DNA of 21,380 nucleotides from Deinococcales bacterium (GTDB lineage Bacteria; Deinococcota; Deinococci; Deinococcales; JAAFIG01): NCBI GenBank assembly GCA_031414595.1, contig JANNVX010000071.1, positions 1 to 21,380 of the forward strand, read 5' to 3'. Shown piece by piece: positions 16,486 to 21,380 of this stretch (position 1 is its first letter; each line of letters starts with the position of its first letter). The notes under the pieces were generated by a model. It saw only the letters and a program-made list of their open reading frames with translations, ran no database searches and was not told where the DNA came from. The position numbers and the translations under genes were made by a program.

Positions 16486-19206
16486 CTATGCTTCGCGCAA
16501 CACTTCTGCAACCCGTAGGCTCGAGAGTTTACGATTGGCTGCCAACACGCCAAGCACAACACCAAGTAGTGCCAAGCCAAACAATCCAGCCAAGTCAAGC
16601 CAAGGGTAAATCACACCGCTTGGTGGAATCAGAAAAATCACCTGCAACAGCATCACAAAAAGTGCTGCTACGACTGCACCTGCGCTAACGCCAGCCAGTA
16701 AACTCAGGCTCGAAATGGTCAGGGTTTCCGCACCGATTAACGCCCTAAGTTGCATTTCATTGCTGCCCAATGCCCGCATAATGCCAAATTCTTTACGTCG
16801 TGTTTCAAGCATCGAAAGTAAAAAAATAATAAAACTCGAGGCAATAATCAGGGTTGTGTACAACCGTTCGAGGTTGCCAAGCCCAACAAGGTTCAGGCTG
16901 GTTAATGAACTTTCGTCTATTTTGGTAGCGGTGATCGTATCCACAATTTTCAAAGTCATGCTTTGCCCAAGCTGATTTTGAATCGCGCTTGTAACACTGT
17001 TTGGGTTGCTGCTGCTGGTTTTGACCAAGAATAAATCCGCACCATTCGTACCTGATGTTTTGGTCATAAAATCACGGTTGAGAATAAAGTCCGAATCTTG
17101 GCTCGAGGTGGACAAATAGGTGTAAATACCCACCGCCTGACTGGTCAATTGGGTGTACTGGGCTGTTTTTGGGTTATATAAGCGCATCAGTACCGAATCT
17201 CCAACTTTGATGTCATACTTATCAGCTTGGTCTCTTGCCAAAAGCACTCCGTTGGGTCTGGAGCGCAGTGCCTCGAGTGTTTTTACGGCGCTGCCATTTT
17301 CAAACATCGCATCTGGCAAATACGCCGTTTTTAAGAAACTTGGTACATCAATCCCGTAGACACTTTTTTTCTCCGAACCAATCAGGGCTACGGCATCTCG
17401 AGCTATCGCAGTCGAGGCTTGCACACCCATGACAGCCTCGAGTTTCTGCGTGAAATCAGGGGTGAGTTCGGCGTTGGCGGCGGGTGTGACCCGCACATCT
17501 GAACCAACCACATACTGAATATCACCATGTTTTTGGACTGTGTACGTCCCGATAAACAGTGTTAAAGCCACGCCAAACCCAATTGAAAGAGCCGTTAGGG
17601 TGATGGCTACTCCTGCCACATCACGCCGCCGCTCGAGACTACTGGCGGCGACTGCCCCAAAATCTCCAATAATGGCTTGTAAGCTGCTCGAGATAAAACG
17701 AGTACCTTTAGAAAGCAGTAAATCGGCAAATCGGGCAACCAGCAGTGTAGTGCCAACCCAGAATAAAAATGGTGCAAGAAATAAGTAAAACGATAAAGTT
17801 ACGGCTGTGCCTTCTGTGCCAGTTGGCTTAAAACCACCATTGGCAGCCGTGATGTACAACACGATCCCAGAAGCAATTAACGCCAGTCCATCCAGATTCA
17901 TGCGCCGCCAGAGTGGAACTGGTGGGTTGCGCGGCATGGATTTACGTTCAGTTTGATGCCGTAATTGCGCCCAAACGGGTAGAAAAAAAGCCAATCCAGT
18001 CAGGATAAAACCCGCCAGCACGGCATAGCCGGCGCTACTCAGAATTAAACTTAGATTACCAATTTGTAAGCTATTTATACCAAGTGTGAAAACCAGTGCC
18101 GCGATACCAAGAATTAAGCCTAGACTCGAGCCTAGAATGGCTACCAGAAGGGCTGTAAAACCAGTCATTACCAAAATTTCTCGAGTTCCCGCACCGCGCA
18201 CCCTGAGCCACGCGGTTTCTCGGCGGACTTGTTCGCCTGATAATTCGGTGGCATACCGCGCTAAATACCCAGCCAGCAGCACACCGGGCAGACTGAGGAA
18301 CAAAAACAACATTTTGGCCGCCAGAATATCTTTTTTGGCATTCAGTAACTTAGCCCCTAAGTTATCTTGAACCCGCACCTGCCCCGGAAATGGTCGCTCG
18401 AGATTGCGGCGCAAGGCATCGAGTTGCTTTAAGGACTTGGCGGGGTCAGGGTTTAAGCTACTCCGATTGATTTTCAGGTGAACTTGCCGCTCGACAGGTA
18501 ACAGCACGATATTTGAACCAGTCTGCCCAACGCTTGAGGTGGTGATTGGTAATTTCTCGAGAATTGCAGCAAGGTCGTGTTCAAACAAGGCTGGAGGTAA
18601 GAATACCACATCAGAAACCACGCCGAAAGCCTCGCCCGAAGTTGGGTTGTAAAACAGTGGTTCGGATGTTCCCATCGCCACGATACCACTGATATTGACT
18701 TTGTAAGGCTGTTTGATTCCTGCTGCAAATGTAAGCTCGAGTCTATCTCCCACTTTTAAGCCCAGTTGGGTGGCGGTGGCATCGCCTACCAATGCGCCTG
18801 TGCTATCAAATTTTCCTGTACTGATTGGTAAAAAGCCAAAGCTCGAATAATAATTTTCAGGTAGTGCAAAGACCTTACCTGCCGCACTTTTTAGGTTTGA
18901 GCCAGTTTTTTGCAACCAGCTAAAATCGGCACTCGAGACCGGAACTGCGCTCTGTACTAAATTTTGGTTTTTGAGGGCTGATTCAAGCGATCCGATTTTA
19001 AGGTCTGGCGTGGTGGCTCGGGCAATAAAGTCAACTTGGACTGGTGCTAGGGTATTAGCGGTCATGTCACGGCTCGAGACATCCACAAAAAAAAGTGTAT
19101 CGGCAAATAAACCAACCGCTAAGGCTAAACCCACCAAGTACAAAACTGTCCGTCCAAGGTTACGACTAATTCCACGCCAAGCATGAATAAAAAGCGCTTT
19201 CATCAT
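16486..19206 (-). CDS. FtsX/MacB-type ABC transporter permease (duplicated FtsX domains)
   Basis: RRETAWLRVRGA and RRKEFGIMRALG FtsX motifs, two large extracytoplasmic domains; AAGGAGG SD before ATG ATG (19206 or 19203). Confidence 0.9.
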   Translation of the reverse strand: MMKALFIHAWRGISRNLGRTVLYLVGLALAVGLFADTLFFVDVSSRDMTANTLAPVQVDFIARATTPDLKIGSLESALKNQNLVQSAVPVSSADFSWLQKTGSNLKSAAGKVFALPENYYSSFGFLPISTGKFDSTGALVGDATATQLGLKVGDRLELTFAAGIKQPYKVNISGIVAMGTSEPLFYNPTSGEAFGVVSDVVFLPPALFEHDLAAILEKLPITTSSVGQTGSNIVLLPVERQVHLKINRSSLNPDPAKSLKQLDALRRNLERPFPGQVRVQDNLGAKLLNAKKDILAAKMLFLFLSLPGVLLAGYLARYATELSGEQVRRETAWLRVRGAGTREILVMTGFTALLVAILGSSLGLILGIAALVFTLGINSLQIGNLSLILSSAGYAVLAGFILTGLAFFLPVWAQLRHQTERKSMPRNPPVPLWRRMNLDGLALIASGIVLYITAANGGFKPTGTEGTAVTLSFYLFLAPFLFWVGTTLLVARFADLLLSKGTRFISSSLQAIIGDFGAVAASSLERRRDVAGVAITLTALSIGFGVALTLFIGTYTVQKHGDIQYVVGSDVRVTPAANAELTPDFTQKLEAVMGVQASTAIARDAVALIGSEKKSVYGIDVPSFLKTAYLPDAMFENGSAVKTLEALRSRPNGVLLARDQADKYDIKVGDSVLMRLYNPKTAQYTQLTSQAVGIYTYLSTSSQDSDFILNRDFMTKTSGTNGADLFLVKTSSSNPNSVTSAIQNQLGQSMTLKIVDTITATKIDESSLTSLNLVGLGNLERLYTTLIIASSFIIFLLSMLETRRKEFGIMRALGSNEMQLRALIGAETLTISSLSLLAGVSAGAVVAALFVMLLQVIFLIPPSGVIYPWLDLAGLFGLALLGVVLGVLAANRKLSSLRVAEVLREA

Positions 19207-19934
19207 AAGCCTCCTTGACAAACATCAGACATGATTTTTCCATCGAGTAAGCGCACCACTCTATCGGCTCGCGTCGCTACCTCGGGGTCGTGTGTGACCA
19301 TCACCAGCGTGGCATTGCGTTTCGTCGTAACTGCAAACAGCAACCCAAGAATCGAAGCTGTGGTCTCAGAATCCAGCTGACCTGTCGGTTCATCTGCCAA
19401 AACAATTCTGGGCGAACTGATCAAGCACCGCGCAATCGCCACCCGTTGTTGCTGCCCGCCACTTAATTCATCAGGCAGGAAATCTTCTTTGCCCGCCAGT
19501 CCGACCTCAAGAATCATGGCTTTGGCTCGAGCAATCCGCTCAGAACTCGGCAAACCAGCCGCCATCAACGGAAATTCAATATTGGCTTGGACGGTTAAAA
19601 AAGGCAATAAATCATAACCCTGAAAAATATAACCAAGTGTGCCACGTCGCAAATTCACTCGAGCCAATTCTGACATGAGGCTCAGATTCTGACCATCCAA
19701 AGTAATCGTGCCAGAAGTAGGCTCATCCAATCCGCCCAGCAGTGCCAGCAGCGTGGACTTGCCACAACCTGAAGGACCCATAATCGCAAGGCTCTGAACC
19801 GATGCAATATCAAAAGTCAAATCACAAATGGCTTGAACGATTTGTGTCCCAAGCTGAAAAGAACGATTGAGATTCTGTACACTTAAAACTAAGCCTGCAC
19901 TTGAATGAGCGCCTGACTCGAGGATAGCCTTCAT
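19203..19934 (-). CDS. ABC transporter ATP-binding protein (LolD/MacB-type)
   Basis: GPSGCGKST, LSGGQQQR, IVLADEPTGQLD, VTHD. Confidence 0.95.
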   Translation of the reverse strand: MKAILESGAHSSAGLVLSVQNLNRSFQLGTQIVQAICDLTFDIASVQSLAIMGPSGCGKSTLLALLGGLDEPTSGTITLDGQNLSLMSELARVNLRRGTLGYIFQGYDLLPFLTVQANIEFPLMAAGLPSSERIARAKAMILEVGLAGKEDFLPDELSGGQQQRVAIARCLISSPRIVLADEPTGQLDSETTASILGLLFAVTTKRNATLVMVTHDPEVATRADRVVRLLDGKIMSDVCQGGL

Positions 19935-20644
19935 AGATTCCCTTGTTCGGCAAGTGCGCCATCGGTAATTTGCACAACCCGATTGGCTCGAGCCGCAACT
20001 TCTGGGTTATGAGTCACAACCAGCACAGTTAAACCATGTTCAGCGTTTAACTTTTTGAGCATCAGCATGATAACTTCACTGGTAGCTGTATCCAATTCAC
20101 CAGTCGGTTCATCAGCCAGCAACAAACTCGGTTGATTTGCCAATGCCACAGCCAAAGCAACTCGGGCTTGTTCACCACCAGATAACTGACTGGCTTTATG
20201 CTGCAAACGCGCTCCCAAACCAACTTTGTGCAATAACTCAGTCGCTCGAGATTTCGGAGTTTGATGAGCCGCCAATTGCAATGGCAAGGTCACATTCTCG
20301 AGTGCTGTTAAAAAAGGCAGTAAGTTATCACGCTGAAAAGTCACCCCGATACATTTACGCCGCAAAACATTACGCTGATTTTCAGGCATGGTTGTTACGT
20401 CAAAACCAGCCAATTCGACTTTGCCAGCACTTGGTTCAATTAACCCTGCAATCACTCCAAACAGGGTGCTTTTGCCACTGCCAGAACGCCCGATCACCGC
20501 CACAAATTCACCGCTTTTTACCTCGAGATTGACCCCACGCAATGCCACGGTTTGCAGATCATTTTCTTTGTAAATCTTAAAAACATCACGCATTGTCAGA
20601 ATCACACCAGCCTCGACTCGAGCAAGGCTTACACTGTTAAGCAT
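19931..20644 (-). CDS. ABC transporter ATP-binding protein (LolD/MacB-type)
   Basis: [42 protein letters not shown]. Confidence 0.95.
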   Translation of the reverse strand: MLNSVSLARVEAGVILTMRDVFKIYKENDLQTVALRGVNLEVKSGEFVAVIGRSGSGKSTLFGVIAGLIEPSAGKVELAGFDVTTMPENQRNVLRRKCIGVTFQRDNLLPFLTALENVTLPLQLAAHQTPKSRATELLHKVGLGARLQHKASQLSGGEQARVALAVALANQPSLLLADEPTGELDTATSEVIMLMLKKLNAEHGLTVLVVTHNPEVAARANRVVQITDGALAEQGNL

Positions 20645-20653
20645 ACAAACTCC

Positions 20654-21169
20654 TTATTTGAACTTAAAAGACAAGACCATATCGCGGTTGCCTTCCCAAT
20701 CAAAAATTTTTGTTGGACTAAGCACTTTGAGCATGGCAATTTTGCCTTTGGCTGGACTAAAAACCCAACGATCTATCAAGATATTCAAAGTTTTACTTGT
20801 CACACCAGATTGGGCTGTACTTTTACTCGAGATAACTTGGGCGTTAAATTTACCTTGAGTAAAAGGCTTTGCACCTATTTTGATTTCGGTATTTGGCAAC
20901 AAAAAAGCAGTGGCATAGACTGCGGCTGTTTGCGTGGAATTCAGCACTGTCCACTCGAGAGATTCATCGCCACCCACAAAACGCAGACCCGTCTTGAAGG
21001 TATTATCTTGCATCCAAGAAGTCGGACGCAAAAATACCCAACCTCTGGTTGCATCAGCGTATTTAGTCAGGCTAAATTCTGTTGAATTTATAGCTTCTTG
21101 GGCTTTACCCACAAAAGGCATTACCAAAATACACGACAAAAGTACATAAAAAACAACTTGCTTTTTCAT
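20654..21169 (-). CDS. Secreted/periplasmic hypothetical protein (possibly PsbP/DcrB-like fold), first gene of the ABC operon
   Basis: AAGGAG SD before ATG 21169 (MKKQVVFYVLLSCILVMPFVGKA-Q signal peptide). ORF-track start 21295 lacks an SD. Fold guess from YADATRGWVFLRPTSW and a terminal SFKF. Confidence 0.65.
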   Translation of the reverse strand: MKKQVVFYVLLSCILVMPFVGKAQEAINSTEFSLTKYADATRGWVFLRPTSWMQDNTFKTGLRFVGGDESLEWTVLNSTQTAAVYATAFLLPNTEIKIGAKPFTQGKFNAQVISSKSTAQSGVTSKTLNILIDRWVFSPAKGKIAMLKVLSPTKIFDWEGNRDMVLSFKFK

Positions 21170-21302
21170 AAAACTCCTTTGGGTTTTTCTCGAGTTTGAA
21201 TCTAAATGAATTTGGTTTTGATTTGGTAAAGAAAAAACGCCTAAGGAACTGTCCAAGAATAACTTCCTGATTTCAAATAGACCAAAAACAGACAATTGGT
21301 CA

Positions 21303-21380
21303 CAGGGCGGACACGGGGGTCCGCCCCTACCTGACGTATTTTTATGGATTTTGTAGGGACAGACCCCTGTGTCTGTCCTG
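21303..21380. repeat. Inverted pair of GTAG-family REP sequences
   Basis: Minus GTAGGGGCGGACCCCCGTGTCCGCCCTG (21303-21330) and plus GTAGGGACAGACCCCTGTGTCTGTCCTG (21353-21380), each GTAG plus an 8-bp stem. Confidence 0.8.

Noticed and set aside
16394-16609. 71-aa ORF right after pepF and a weak AAGAGG/CCTCTT stem
   Set aside because: Runs antisense into the permease; the stem is short with no U-tract.
21240-21261. Possible response-regulator direct repeat upstream of the ABC operon
   Set aside because: Match between half-sites too weak to distinguish from chance.

Overview
Gene-dense bacterial chromosomal window, roughly 47% GC. It is probably from a Deinococcota member, inferred from leaderless -10/ATG promoters, a DUF4388 gene, a DinB gene and the RNase R-type C-terminal tail; this is not proven. 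Genes in order: (-) RNase R-like protein lacking the catalytic aspartate motif, with a probable ATT start and a probable internal in-frame start; (-) YbgC/FadM-type thioesterase; (+) DUF4388 protein; (+) alanine/glycine:cation symporter; (+) DinB protein, ABC ATPase and membrane permease operon; (-) large secreted lipoprotein; (-) secreted tectonin-propeller/cholesterol-dependent-cytolysin-like protein; (+) M3 oligoendopeptidase; (-) operon of a secreted protein, two ABC ATPases and a FtsX-type permease. A GTAG-type REP doublet ends the window. Strongest signals: about 109 hand-counted copies of the palindrome CTCGAG (about 5 expected), the pseudo-RNase R with unusual translation signals, and the cytolysin-like and lipoprotein genes, which share a 36-bp 3' hairpin and the same direct-repeat promoter geometry.
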